A stretch of 64,000 nucleotides of DNA from Bacteroidota bacterium (lineage in GTDB: Bacteria; Bacteroidota; Bacteroidia; Bacteroidales; SKPS01). Location: positions 24,881 to 88,880 of the forward strand of contig JAKLII010000001.1 in NCBI GenBank assembly GCA_022709695.1. The letters run 5' to 3'. The notes under the pieces were generated by a model. It was not told the origin of the DNA. It saw nothing but the letters and a program-made list of their open reading frames with translations, and did no database searches. Below, in pieces: positions 41,533 through 51,545 of the stretch. Numbering within the stretch: the stretch's first letter is position 1; the number at the start of each line of letters is the position of its first letter. The position numbers were made by a program, and so were the translations under genes.

Positions 41533-43380
41533 TCAGGGACGCTTCTTCCCTTTGCGTTGCCCGGTGCCTGCATCCTCTTCCAGAAACCGTTCCCAGAAGG
41601 GCCTCTCATCCTGAGGTTTGTTTAAGGTACCCTTATCGGGTTTGGGCTTGTTTTTTTTCGGCTTGCTGAATTCGTTCACCGTGGTTCTTGAGTTCTGAAA
41701 ATCTCTTTTCCCCTGTTTCGGCTTGCTGAGCTCGGCATAATTCACTTCGAGTGCCAGCCCTTCGAACTTTGCGCCCCTGAATCCGCCAATCAGCCTCTGG
41801 GCTGCAGCGGCATCTACCTCGAAAAAGGAGAAGTTGCGCTGAATGTCGATTTTGCCTATGGTAACCCTGCGGCTTCTGCCGTAGTCGTTGATGAGGCCGA
41901 TGAGCCTGGCAGGATTGATGTTGTGCTTCGAGCCCGCATTGATGAACAGCCGGGTGAACTGTACCTGATCATTCCTCTCGCGGCGGTTATCACTGGATCG
42001 CTCGCCCCTGGTGTTGCCTGCCATACGCTGGTCGCGGGCATCTTTCTGTTCCCCCTTTACGTTGATGTCGGTGGCATTGCGGTAATAATCGAGGAAGCGG
42101 TTGAACTCCAGCGACACAAATTTCTTAATCAGGTCTTCACGGCTCAGCCATTCCAGTTTTTTGTAGATGACGGTCAGAAACTGTTCGATCTGTTCCTCAT
42201 TCACCTCACTGTGTTCCATTTTATCCACCAGATGGAACAGTTGTTTTTCGCAGATCTCTTTTCCGGAGGGGACCATTTTTCGTGAAAAGCGGGCGCCTGT
42301 AATCCTTTCGAGCTCTTTGATCCTCCCCATCTCACGGGTGTGGATGATGGAGATGGAAACGCCGAGTTTACCGGCGCGCCCTGTTCTTCCGCTGCGGTGG
42401 ATGTAGGCATCCTGATCGTCGGGGAGGTTGTAGTTGATCACGTGGGTCAGGTCGCTCACATCCAGTCCGCGGGCTGCCACATCGGTGGCCACAAGCATCT
42501 GCAACGTGTTGTTCCTGAAGCGGTTCATCACGTGGTCGCGCTGCGCCTGCGACAGGTCTCCGTGCAGGGCATCGGCATTGTAGCCGTCCTGGATCAGCTT
42601 CTCTGCCACCTCCTTGGTCTCCTGGCGGGTGCGGCAGAATACGATGCTGTAAATGCCCGGATGAATGTCGGCGATCCGTTTAAGGGCCAGGTACCGGTCT
42701 TTGGCGTGCACCATATAGTATTCATGGCTCACGTTTTCGGTGCTTACATTTTTCTTTCCGATGGTGATTTCCAGCGGATTGTGCATGTATTTTTCGGCGA
42801 TCTTGCGGATTCCCTGGGGCATGGTGGCCGAGAACAGCAGGGTTCTTTTGGTGTCTGGGGTCTCCGCAAGGATATTGTCGAGGTCTTCCTGAAAACCCAT
42901 ATTGAGCATCTCATCAGCTTCGTCCAGCACAAGCCACTTCAACTCCTGTACTTTCAGCACCTTGCGTCCGATGAGGTCGAGCACCCTGCCGGGGGTACCT
43001 ACCACGATGTGGGTGCCATCCTTCAGGCGGTTGATCTGCTTCACAATGTCGGCGCCACCGTACACCGGGCATATCGTAATGTTTTTCAGGTATTTTGCAT
43101 AGTTTCCCAGATCTTTGGTGATCTGGATGCACAGCTCTCTCGTGGGACAAAGGATCAGACCTTCGGGCATCCTGGAATCAGGGTCAATATCCTGCAGCAG
43201 CGGGAGCCCGAAAGCGGCCGTTTTGCCGGTTCCGGTCTGAGCCAGCGCGATGATGTTATCCTTTGAATCCAGAATGGCAGGGATAACCTCTGCCTGAACG
43301 GGTGTTGGGGTTTCAAACCCCAGGTCTTCAATGGCCTTCAGGAGGTTCTCACCGAGGCCGGTTTGGGTAAAATGTTCCAT
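41533..43380 (-). CDS. deaD: DEAD-box ATP-dependent RNA helicase with DbpA-like RNA-binding domain and basic C-terminal tail
   Basis: It has the Q motif and the motifs AQTGTGKT, DEAD (VLDEADEML), SAT and HRSGRTGRAG. The C-terminal domain reads FTRLFINAGSKHNINPARLIGLIN... Start trimmed to MEHFTQTGL (ATG 43380). Confidence 0.9.
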   Translation of the reverse strand: MEHFTQTGLGENLLKAIEDLGFETPTPVQAEVIPAILDSKDNIIALAQTGTGKTAAFGLPLLQDIDPDSRMPEGLILCPTRELCIQITKDLGNYAKYLKNITICPVYGGADIVKQINRLKDGTHIVVGTPGRVLDLIGRKVLKVQELKWLVLDEADEMLNMGFQEDLDNILAETPDTKRTLLFSATMPQGIRKIAEKYMHNPLEITIGKKNVSTENVSHEYYMVHAKDRYLALKRIADIHPGIYSIVFCRTRQETKEVAEKLIQDGYNADALHGDLSQAQRDHVMNRFRNNTLQMLVATDVAARGLDVSDLTHVINYNLPDDQDAYIHRSGRTGRAGKLGVSISIIHTREMGRIKELERITGARFSRKMVPSGKEICEKQLFHLVDKMEHSEVNEEQIEQFLTVIYKKLEWLSREDLIKKFVSLEFNRFLDYYRNATDINVKGEQKDARDQRMAGNTRGERSSDNRRERNDQVQFTRLFINAGSKHNINPARLIGLINDYGRSRRVTIGKIDIQRNFSFFEVDAAAAQRLIGGFRGAKFEGLALEVNYAELSKPKQGKRDFQNSRTTVNEFSKPKKNKPKPDKGTLNKPQDERPFWERFLEEDAGTGQRKGKKRP

Positions 43381-43397
43381 GTTGTAGCGTACGGTCA

Positions 43398-43447
43398 AGG
43401 CATGCCTCAACCGGATGATTGTTATGTAGGATCAGGGCATGCCCTGA
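43398..43447. promoter_or_regulatory. Two GGCATGCC-core palindromes in the deaD leader/upstream region
   Basis: AGGCATGCCT (43398-43407) and TCAGGGCATGCCCTGA (43432-43447, a perfect 16-bp palindrome), 18-67 nt upstream of the deaD ATG. Confidence 0.35.
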
Positions 43448-43552
43448 CCCGTTGTTGTATTTTTGCAATGAAATTTTAGAGGGAATGGCAATCAGACTAA
43501 AAATTCAGGCGGCAAAGGTAATGATTTTATTCAAACCTTTGGCAACTGTTTA

Positions 43553-43795
43553 TCAATGCACTACAATTTTCAAGCTGCTGCTGAAACCTTGCCCGTTTTC
43601 GCTGTTGCCATAAATGTGTATCAGATAAACACCATTGCTCATCGTATCAATAATTGATGATTCGAAATAATCTTCGTCTCTGATAAGCGCTTCCCTGTGT
43701 ATAAGCCGTCCTTCTGCAGAGAAAATTTCGAGCATTCCGTTAGGAATATCTGTGTCAGAGCCATTTATGATCAAATAGTAATGAATGAAATGCAC
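43553..43795 (-). pseudogene. Remnant of a T9SS cargo gene: only the C-terminal sorting domain survives
   Basis: The 80-aa ORF ...LEIFSAEGRLIHREALIRDEDYFESSIIDTMSNGVYLIHIYGNSENGQGFSSSLKIVVH fits the Por tail pattern. The 293 bp upstream carries stops in all minus-strand frames. Confidence 0.55.
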
Positions 43796-44025
43796 ATTTG
43801 CATTCTCGTTTTAAGAACTCCTGATATTCCTACAGAGTTATACTGAAACGAGAAGTTATCAACGTATAGAATGCTTCCGGTCGGATTCTTTATTGTTCAG
43901 AGAATGGTTGTGATGCTTCAACAAACCCGGGAACCATTTATTCCTGCAACTTCAGCAATCCTGTAATCATAACAAAATATTTACTGAAACCTTTTAGATT
44001 TCATTGCAGGGTATTTTTTATTCGC

Positions 44026-44033
44026 TATTTTTG
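44026..44033 (+). promoter_or_regulatory. Candidate -7 box (TATTTTTG) for the mannoside operon
   Basis: TAnnTTTG match 56 nt upstream of ATG 44089. The only upstream element is a partial ATTG about 20 nt away. Confidence 0.35.
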
Positions 44034-44088
44034 CCACTTTGCCGGTACATTATCGGCAGCATATAGTTAGAAATTATCAGTTTAAGTC

Positions 44089-45027
44089 ATGGATTTATTA
44101 GCAATCGGAGCAGATGTAGGGGGGAGCCATATTACAGCCCAGGTATATAATTTATCGGATCACACCCTGTTGGAAGGAACAAGGCACAGGGTTGAGGTCG
44201 ACAGCAAGGCACAGTCAGATGCAATTCTTGACAAATGGGCGGAGGCCATCAGGGCAGCCGCCGGGCATCTGTCCATCGAAACGACTGCCGGGGTTGGATT
44301 TGCCATGCCGGGTCCGTTTGATTATCCCGGGGGTATCGCCTGGTTTAAAGGTGTTGAGAAGTACGATCACTTGTATGGCATCAATGTGCGTGAGGAGCTG
44401 CGAAGCCGGCTGGGTATGCCGGGAAATTTCAGGATCCGGTTTCTGAACGATGCTTCAAGTTTCGCGATCGGTGAATCATTCAAGGGCAGATCGGTCCGCT
44501 TCAGCCGCTTTCTGGCCATAACACTGGGAACCGGATTTGGCAGCACTTTCATCCGCAGCCATATTCCAGTGGCCGGAGAAGCAGGGACCCCACCCGACGG
44601 ATTCCTGTATGACATACCTTTTAACGGATCCAATGCCGACAACCATTTTTCCACGCGATGGTTCCTCAGGCAATACCAGAAACGAACCGGGCACGAGGTG
44701 GCCGGCGTGAAACAGCTTGCAGCTCAGGTGCACGAAGACCCTGTGGCAGAGGGCTTATTTAGTGAGTTTGGCCGGAATCTCGGGGGTTTTCTGAGTCCCT
44801 GGCTCCGGGGCTTTGAAGCGGAAGGGCTGGTGATCGGCGGTAATATTGCCAATGCCTATCCTCTTTTCAGGGAGTCCATGTCTGCTCAGTTTTCAGCAAA
44901 TGATATTGAAGTTGATGTGGTTATCTCTGAACTTCAGGAAGATGCCGCCATCAGTGGAGCTGCACTCCTGTGCGATGACACCATTTATGCCGGGCTTATC
45001 GTTGGCCAGACGGAAAATACAATTTAA
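44089..45027 (+). CDS. ROK-family sugar kinase
   Basis: 312 aa with LAIGADVGGSHI (ATP-binding DxGG), the ROK core LNDASSFAIGE and GTGFGS. Confidence 0.85.
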   Translation: MDLLAIGADVGGSHITAQVYNLSDHTLLEGTRHRVEVDSKAQSDAILDKWAEAIRAAAGHLSIETTAGVGFAMPGPFDYPGGIAWFKGVEKYDHLYGINVREELRSRLGMPGNFRIRFLNDASSFAIGESFKGRSVRFSRFLAITLGTGFGSTFIRSHIPVAGEAGTPPDGFLYDIPFNGSNADNHFSTRWFLRQYQKRTGHEVAGVKQLAAQVHEDPVAEGLFSEFGRNLGGFLSPWLRGFEAEGLVIGGNIANAYPLFRESMSAQFSANDIEVDVVISELQEDAAISGAALLCDDTIYAGLIVGQTENTI

Positions 45028-45042
45028 ATCCCCTAAAACGCT

Positions 45043-46218
45043 ATGGAAGAAAACAACAGGAAGCAATCCGTGACCGTAATCCTTCCGGTATTGCTCACTT
45101 TCTTTGTGATGAGCTTCTGCGACCTCGTAGGTATCGGAGTCGACTATGCCAAGGCCGATTTCAATCTGAGCAATACCATGGCTCAGCTGATCCCTTCTGC
45201 TGTGTTTATCTGGTTCTTCTTTTTTTCTGTTCCTGTTGGGGTTTTGCAAGATCGGATCGGGAAGAAAAATATGGTCAATATCGGTATGCTGATTACTGCT
45301 GCAGGGCTGTTGCTGCCGTTTGTCGCCTATACCTACCCGACACTGCTGGCAGGATTTGTATTGATTGGCATCGGCAACACTATCATGCAGGTATCTGCAA
45401 ACCCGCTGATGCTGGATGTGGTGCGCCCCGAAAGGCGATCGAGCTATCTCAGCTTTTCACAATTTATAAAGGCTATAGGTTCTATGGTGGCACCTTACGT
45501 GGCAGCTTTCTTTGCGGCACGTTTCGGCGACTGGAAGCTGGCTTTCCTGAGCTTCGGGATCGTTTCACTGATCTCGGTCCTGTGGCTCTATTTCATCCCG
45601 GTTACCGAGGTAAGGTCTGATGAAAAACGTGCTACCTTCATGTCGGCACTGGGGTTGCTGAAAATCCCCTACGTGGTGATGATGGTCCTCGGGATTTTCT
45701 TTGTGGTCGGGATTGATGTGGGGGTGAATTCCGTTTCCGGCCAGTTCCTTATGGAAAAGCTGGGGATGGATGCTCAGCCGGCAAAAGAGGCCAGAAGCCT
45801 CTACTTCTTCGGTAAGATGCTGGGAACCTTCGCGGCGGCATTCCTCCTTGCACGGATCAAACCGGGTAAATTCCTCCTCTTTTCCTCGCTTGCAACCCTT
45901 GTAACCATCCTCGCTTTCATCTTTTCCCCTTCGGTGCTTTTTGCACAGGTGCTGATGTTCCTGATCGGTATCTCTGCCGCTGCCATCTTCCCGCTGATCT
46001 TCAGCATTACGGTGTCAAAGCATCAGAAGTATTCCAATGAGATCTCCGGACTGATGATTATGGCGGTTTCCGGGGGGGCAGTGATTCCGCCACTGATCGG
46101 GTACCTAACTGACAGCATTTCTGTTACTGCCGGGATGTTTGTGCTTGTTGCGTGTGCAGTTTATCTGATCATTCTGTCGGTACCTGCCCGGAACAAATCC
46201 CTTCCGGATCAGGCCTGA
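45043..46218 (+). CDS. MFS sugar transporter (12 TM)
   Basis: 391 aa with hydrophobic helices throughout. The LQDRIGKKN loop motif (D-R-x-G-K/R-K/R) is present. Confidence 0.85.
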   Translation: MEENNRKQSVTVILPVLLTFFVMSFCDLVGIGVDYAKADFNLSNTMAQLIPSAVFIWFFFFSVPVGVLQDRIGKKNMVNIGMLITAAGLLLPFVAYTYPTLLAGFVLIGIGNTIMQVSANPLMLDVVRPERRSSYLSFSQFIKAIGSMVAPYVAAFFAARFGDWKLAFLSFGIVSLISVLWLYFIPVTEVRSDEKRATFMSALGLLKIPYVVMMVLGIFFVVGIDVGVNSVSGQFLMEKLGMDAQPAKEARSLYFFGKMLGTFAAAFLLARIKPGKFLLFSSLATLVTILAFIFSPSVLFAQVLMFLIGISAAAIFPLIFSITVSKHQKYSNEISGLMIMAVSGGAVIPPLIGYLTDSISVTAGMFVLVACAVYLIILSVPARNKSLPDQA

Positions 46219-48035
46219 TGATGGCGCCTTTTACTCCGGATGGACGCAGAAGCATTGACACCCTGTGGCGCATTTCGTCGCAGGAGATCATGCCCCTGAA
46301 TGATTCACGAACCGATACGGAAGGCTACAGGCTCTATCCTGTTCATTCTCTTGGTGATAATGCCATCCAGCCCGGTTTGGTTTCACTGGCGGAGTCGCTT
46401 CCTAAGTCGGGAATTCTGCGCGTGGATGGTGATACCGGAGTTTTTTTTGAACCGTTTGTCCGTCAGCTTACTGAGGCACTGAGCCACCTTGGAAGAAGTG
46501 TATGCCATGTTCCGGTGTCGGAGTGGGTGCATCCGCCAGAAACGGTTCTTGAAATGACCGCCCCTTTCACCGGTGGTGATGATCCCGTTTTTGGCCGTCG
46601 GACCACCCTTGCGATGCGCGATTTTTTCAGGGCAGGAAAACTGGAATCCGCGAAACCTGATGCAGATTCCGGTATCACCATTTTTTTCGGTACAGGTGCA
46701 GCCCTTTGTCCTGTCGGCGGAGCCCTTCTGTACATCACGGTACCGAAGAACGAACAGCAGTACCGTGCCAGGGCAGGCAGCATTGCCAATCTCGGTCTGG
46801 CGCGACCGCTGGGATCTAAAATGGCTTACAAACGTTTCTATTTTAACGACTGGGTTGTGGTAAGAAAACACCTCGAATCGATTGCCCCCGTGGTTAATTA
46901 TTTTATTGACGGACAGCAAGGGGATTCGTTTACGTGGGCATCCGGTGACACGATCAGAAAAGGGCTGGCAATGCTCAGTCGTTCCGTGTTCAGGCCCCGC
47001 CCCTGGTTCGAGCCGGGTGCCTGGGGGGGTGAATGGTGCCTTGGTCACATCCCTGGTCTGAATACTGAAGTTCCGAATTATGCATGGTCGTTCGAACTGA
47101 TCTCTCCCGAGAATGGAGTTGTGTTTGAAAGCGACGGCAACCTGCTGGAGGTTTCCTTTGACCTGCTCATGGCACTCGAAGCAAAGCAAATCCTCGGGCA
47201 ATCATTCGCAACGTATGGTACCGAATTTCCCATCCGTTTCGATTTTCTTGATACTTATAATGGCGGAAACCTGTCGGTGCAGTGCCATCCGCGCCCCGAA
47301 TACATCCGGGCACATTTCGGCGAAAACTTTACCCAGGAAGAGGCCTATTACATGCTCGACTCCGGTGATAATGCGGTGGTGTACCTTGGCTTTCAGCAGG
47401 GGATCAATCCCGAAGAATTTGAGCGGATCCTCACCGGTAGTTACCTTCATGGCCAGCCGGTTGATATCGAGCAGTTTGTACAGAAACACCCGGCCCACAA
47501 ACACGATTTCTTCCTCATCCCTCCGGGAACGATCCATGCTTCAGGAATCAATAACCTGGTGCTCGAGATCAGCACAACCCCCTACATCTTTACCTTCAAG
47601 ATGTACGACTGGTGCAGGCCCGATCTGGATGGCAATCCACGGCCCCTGAACATTGCGAGGGGAATGGAGAACCTGTATTTCGAACGGCAGGGGCATGCGG
47701 TAAAAGAGGATCTGATCAGTAAACCGCTCCTCCTGGAAAAGGGGGATGGCTGGGAAATGTATCAGCTGCCTACCCATCCGATGCACTCCTATGAAGTGAA
47801 AAGACTGGTGATAACACATGAGATAAACCTGAACACATCAGGTCAATGCCATGTGTATAACCTTGTGGAAGGCAGTATGATACATGTGGTTACCGAAAGT
47901 GGTTTTTCAACTACTTACCGGTATACAGAAACCTTTGTGGTGCCGGCTTCAACCGGCAATTACACCCTGATAAATCCAACGGATACCCCTGTGATGCTTG
48001 TGGATGCTTCCCTAAAAAAAATCACTCTGCCATGA
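46218..48035 (+). CDS. Long class I mannose-6-phosphate isomerase-like cupin protein
   Basis: 605 aa from MMAPFTPDG; the ATG overlaps the MFS stop (TGATG). The PMI type I metal-site blocks are LSVQCHPRPEY and ...IPPGTIHASG...LEIS. The ~290-aa N-terminal region has no family I recognise. Confidence 0.7.
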   Translation: MMAPFTPDGRRSIDTLWRISSQEIMPLNDSRTDTEGYRLYPVHSLGDNAIQPGLVSLAESLPKSGILRVDGDTGVFFEPFVRQLTEALSHLGRSVCHVPVSEWVHPPETVLEMTAPFTGGDDPVFGRRTTLAMRDFFRAGKLESAKPDADSGITIFFGTGAALCPVGGALLYITVPKNEQQYRARAGSIANLGLARPLGSKMAYKRFYFNDWVVVRKHLESIAPVVNYFIDGQQGDSFTWASGDTIRKGLAMLSRSVFRPRPWFEPGAWGGEWCLGHIPGLNTEVPNYAWSFELISPENGVVFESDGNLLEVSFDLLMALEAKQILGQSFATYGTEFPIRFDFLDTYNGGNLSVQCHPRPEYIRAHFGENFTQEEAYYMLDSGDNAVVYLGFQQGINPEEFERILTGSYLHGQPVDIEQFVQKHPAHKHDFFLIPPGTIHASGINNLVLEISTTPYIFTFKMYDWCRPDLDGNPRPLNIARGMENLYFERQGHAVKEDLISKPLLLEKGDGWEMYQLPTHPMHSYEVKRLVITHEINLNTSGQCHVYNLVEGSMIHVVTESGFSTTYRYTETFVVPASTGNYTLINPTDTPVMLVDASLKKITLP

Positions 48036-51000
48036 AACGATTCGTACTGATCGCATTTGCTTTGTCCACCCTTACCGCAGCTTTTGCCCAGCAGGGAGAT
48101 GATGCCGCCCTGATCAACGGATATTTGAAAAAAGTGGAGGGTGTCGATTTCAGCTACCACTCTTCAATACCGGTAGCACGTGAGTGCATGCTGATCAGGG
48201 CTACGGATGGCAGGTCTTCAATGGAGTGGCAAACCGCAACTGCTCCCCGGAAGATCTCAGGAGCGGAGGCCACATTTGTATGGCTGGCCGGAATCGGTTC
48301 CTCTCCCGGTCCGGCGAGCTTTGATCTGGAAGTGAATGGAAGCCATGAGTTTACTTTCTGGGCAGACGGAACCGACACCTGGAATCTGACTGCTCCCTCA
48401 GGTTGCCGGCTGGCATTTTCTACCGATATGGTGGACCAGCATGGCGACCGGTTTGGATTTATGAGGCTTACCCTTCCTGCGGGCCGGGTGGTACAGGGAG
48501 AGCCGTTGAATATCAAAGTAACGGGTGGCAGGTTCAGTAAAACCAGCTGGTACATGACCTTCAAACTCCCTCTCGAGAGCGGTGTGTCGCTGAAAGCGCT
48601 GCCAGCCATCATGCACGGGGATAAACAGGATGCTCAGTTAGGTACAGCCGGCATCCTTCATTTTGGCAATCCTGCCAGGGCAATCATCCATGTAGGAGGG
48701 AAGAAGGTCTGTGATACTGTGGTGCAATATGGGTATAACTACCTCAGAATTAGGCTTCCGCGTGTTTCCAAAAAGACCCGGATGCCCTATCGGCTGGATC
48801 TTGCGGGCAAAACATGGAAAGGGGAGGTGGAGCTGATCCCCGTGAAAGAGTGGCAGGTGAATTTTGTGCAGCACTCCCATACCGATATCGGATACACCAG
48901 GCCCCAGACCGATATTCTGGCAGAACACCTCCGTTTTATCGATTACGCCCTGGACTATTGTGATCTTACGGATGATTACCCGGATGCGGCAAAATTCCGC
49001 TGGACATGCGAGGCCTCCTGGGCAGTGGATGAGTACCTGAAATGCCGCCCTGCAGCCCAGATAGAGCGTCTCAGAAAACGGGTCGAAGAGGGGAGGATTG
49101 AAATTACAGGTATGTATTTTAATTTCGATGAACTTCCTGATGAACAGATTCTTGCAGCCTCCCTGAAAGCCATTGGCAACATCCGTAGCCATGGTATGCA
49201 GGTTGAAACCGCCATGCAAAATGACGTAAACGGCATTGGCTGGTGTTTGAGCGATTATTTTTCCCAGGCGGGGATCCGGTATCTGAATATGGGGACCCAC
49301 GGCCACCGGGCACTGATCTGTTTCGACAAACCCACCCTGTTCTGGTGGGAATCACCGGCGGGAAATCGCATGCTGGCGTTCAGGGCCGAGCATTACATGA
49401 CAGGGAATACGGTGTTCAAGATTCATGCAGGGAATTTCAATGTATTTGAAGATGAGCTGCTTACATATCTGTCAGATCTGGAGCGTAAAGGATACACCTA
49501 TAACACCATTTCCATACAGCATTCGGGTTATATCACCGATAACAGTCCACCCTCCACCCACGCCTCTGATATGATCCGGCAGTGGAATGAGAAATACCAG
49601 TGGCCAAAGCTCAGGACCGCCACAGCCACGGAATTTTTCCGGCAGATGGAGACATTGCATGGCGCCTCATTGCCTGTGATCCGCGGTGCCTGGCCCGACT
49701 GGTGGACGGATGGTTTCGGGGCATCGGCACGGGAGGTGGCGGCCACCCGTGGTGCGCAAACCGATCTGATCGCCACGGGTGCCGGCCTTACCATGGCTGC
49801 CCTGTCCGGTGTTGTACTGCCGGAAGGCATCAACCAGAGGATTGATGCCGCCAACTCAGCCCTGCTGTTTTACACAGAGCATACGGTCGGGTATCACGGA
49901 AGCGTGCGTGAACCTCTGCACCGATATACGATGGAGCAGCGCGCACTCAAGGAATCTTATGCATGGGAAGCCGGAAGACGGGCCCGGATGCTGGGTGAGG
50001 AAACCATGGGTTTGCTGCAAAGCACTTTTCCCCGCAATGCCGATCCCACCCTCGTGGTGTACAATTCCCTGAACCTGGAGCGCAGCGGTATGATGAAGGT
50101 GTACATCGACCATCAGATCATCCCGCGATATACGGGGTTTACCATCACGGATCAGGATGGCAATGCTGCCATAGCCCAGCCGATGGAGCACCACAGCGAT
50201 GGCACCTATTGGGCAGTGTGGGTGGAGAAGGTCCCGGCATTTGGATACAAGAGCTATGTGATCAGGCTTGTCCAGCAAAGGTATGGAGTGAGCACTGAAA
50301 TTTTGAAGGAAACACCTGTTAATACACTTGAGAACCAGTGGTACAGGCTCACGGCTGATACCCTGAAAGGGGTGATTACCGGATTATTTGACAAGGATTT
50401 GGGGCTCGAATTGCTTGATACGGCAGCGAAGTACCAGGCTGGCAGTTTTATTTATGAAGAGTTGGAAAACCGCGCCCAGATGGAGTCGTTTCGTCTCGAC
50501 AACTTTACCCGTTCACTCCCTGATTCGGTGTGGCTGGATGGGATAAACCGCGGGGCATTGTGGGATTCTTTCAGGTTTAAAGCCAATACGGCTGCGGCCA
50601 CAACCGGAGGTGCGCTGGTGTATGAGTTCAGGCTGTACCATACCACCAAAAAGGTGGAGCTGGTGTATGATATTGAGAAGAAAGCAGTTGCAGATCCGGA
50701 AGGGATTTACATTGCCCTGCCGTTTGCGTTGGCGCAGGGGCAGCTCTCATTTGAAGTGCAGGGGGGCGAAATGAGGGCCGGTATCGACCAGATACCGGGA
50801 TCATCCAACGATTGGAACACGGTGCAGAACTATGCGCGCTTGTCTTCGCCCCGGGGACAGATTGTTGTGGTATCGCCTGAGGCACCGCTCATGCAGTTCG
50901 GGGGGATCAATACCGGCAGGTATAAAGCCGGGGCCGTGCCTGAAAGTACCCATATCTATGGATGGCCGATGAACAACTACTGGACGACCAACTTCAATGC

Positions 51001-51397
51001 CGATCAGCGCGGGGGGCACCTGTGGAGCTACTCGGTAACGAGTATGCCGGTCAACGGGTCGTCTGATGCTTTGCAATTCGGATGGGGGGTAAGGGTGCCA
51101 TTCCTGAGCAGGGTGCTCCCCGGGGGTGGTGCGGAGCAAAAGCTTCCTTCAGGTTCATTCATCTCCGGATGGCCGGAAAACATGTTGCTGATCAGTGCAT
51201 TCCCTGAGGCGGGCGGACGTTCGGCCATCATTCAGGTTCGGGAAACGGAAGGGAAAGAACTGACCATTTCACTACGGAACGGAAAGTCCGGAGATGTACT
51301 CCGCCTGGGAAGGGTGGATGTTACCGGGGAACCTATGGAAGGGCCGGCAAACACCCTGAAACCCCTCGAATCAGGGTTTTTCAGGGTTTGGTTCTGA
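48032..51397 (+). CDS. GH38-family alpha-mannosidase-like enzyme, signal peptide
   Basis: 1121 aa with signal MKRFVLIAFALSTLTAAFAQ. The GH38 N-terminal metal/nucleophile block is VNFVQHSHTDIGYT. The start overlaps the upstream stop (ATGA). Confidence 0.72.
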   Translation: MKRFVLIAFALSTLTAAFAQQGDDAALINGYLKKVEGVDFSYHSSIPVARECMLIRATDGRSSMEWQTATAPRKISGAEATFVWLAGIGSSPGPASFDLEVNGSHEFTFWADGTDTWNLTAPSGCRLAFSTDMVDQHGDRFGFMRLTLPAGRVVQGEPLNIKVTGGRFSKTSWYMTFKLPLESGVSLKALPAIMHGDKQDAQLGTAGILHFGNPARAIIHVGGKKVCDTVVQYGYNYLRIRLPRVSKKTRMPYRLDLAGKTWKGEVELIPVKEWQVNFVQHSHTDIGYTRPQTDILAEHLRFIDYALDYCDLTDDYPDAAKFRWTCEASWAVDEYLKCRPAAQIERLRKRVEEGRIEITGMYFNFDELPDEQILAASLKAIGNIRSHGMQVETAMQNDVNGIGWCLSDYFSQAGIRYLNMGTHGHRALICFDKPTLFWWESPAGNRMLAFRAEHYMTGNTVFKIHAGNFNVFEDELLTYLSDLERKGYTYNTISIQHSGYITDNSPPSTHASDMIRQWNEKYQWPKLRTATATEFFRQMETLHGASLPVIRGAWPDWWTDGFGASAREVAATRGAQTDLIATGAGLTMAALSGVVLPEGINQRIDAANSALLFYTEHTVGYHGSVREPLHRYTMEQRALKESYAWEAGRRARMLGEETMGLLQSTFPRNADPTLVVYNSLNLERSGMMKVYIDHQIIPRYTGFTITDQDGNAAIAQPMEHHSDGTYWAVWVEKVPAFGYKSYVIRLVQQRYGVSTEILKETPVNTLENQWYRLTADTLKGVITGLFDKDLGLELLDTAAKYQAGSFIYEELENRAQMESFRLDNFTRSLPDSVWLDGINRGALWDSFRFKANTAAATTGGALVYEFRLYHTTKKVELVYDIEKKAVADPEGIYIALPFALAQGQLSFEVQGGEMRAGIDQIPGSSNDWNTVQNYARLSSPRGQIVVVSPEAPLMQFGGINTGRYKAGAVPESTHIYGWPMNNYWTTNFNADQRGGHLWSYSVTSMPVNGSSDALQFGWGVRVPFLSRVLPGGGAEQKLPSGSFISGWPENMLLISAFPEAGGRSAIIQVRETEGKELTISLRNGKSGDVLRLGRVDVTGEPMEGPANTLKPLESGFFRVWF

Positions 51398-51545
51398 CGA
51401 TACCTCAGTTTTCTTCCCATAAACCCTCATCATTGAATCCTGTCAACCATAATTCATAACCCTAAACAAGGATTTTAAATCTGGAACCATGACAAAACTA
51501 TACGATTTCAGCAATACCATCGTTTGCTGTGAAATCCTCTGACCG

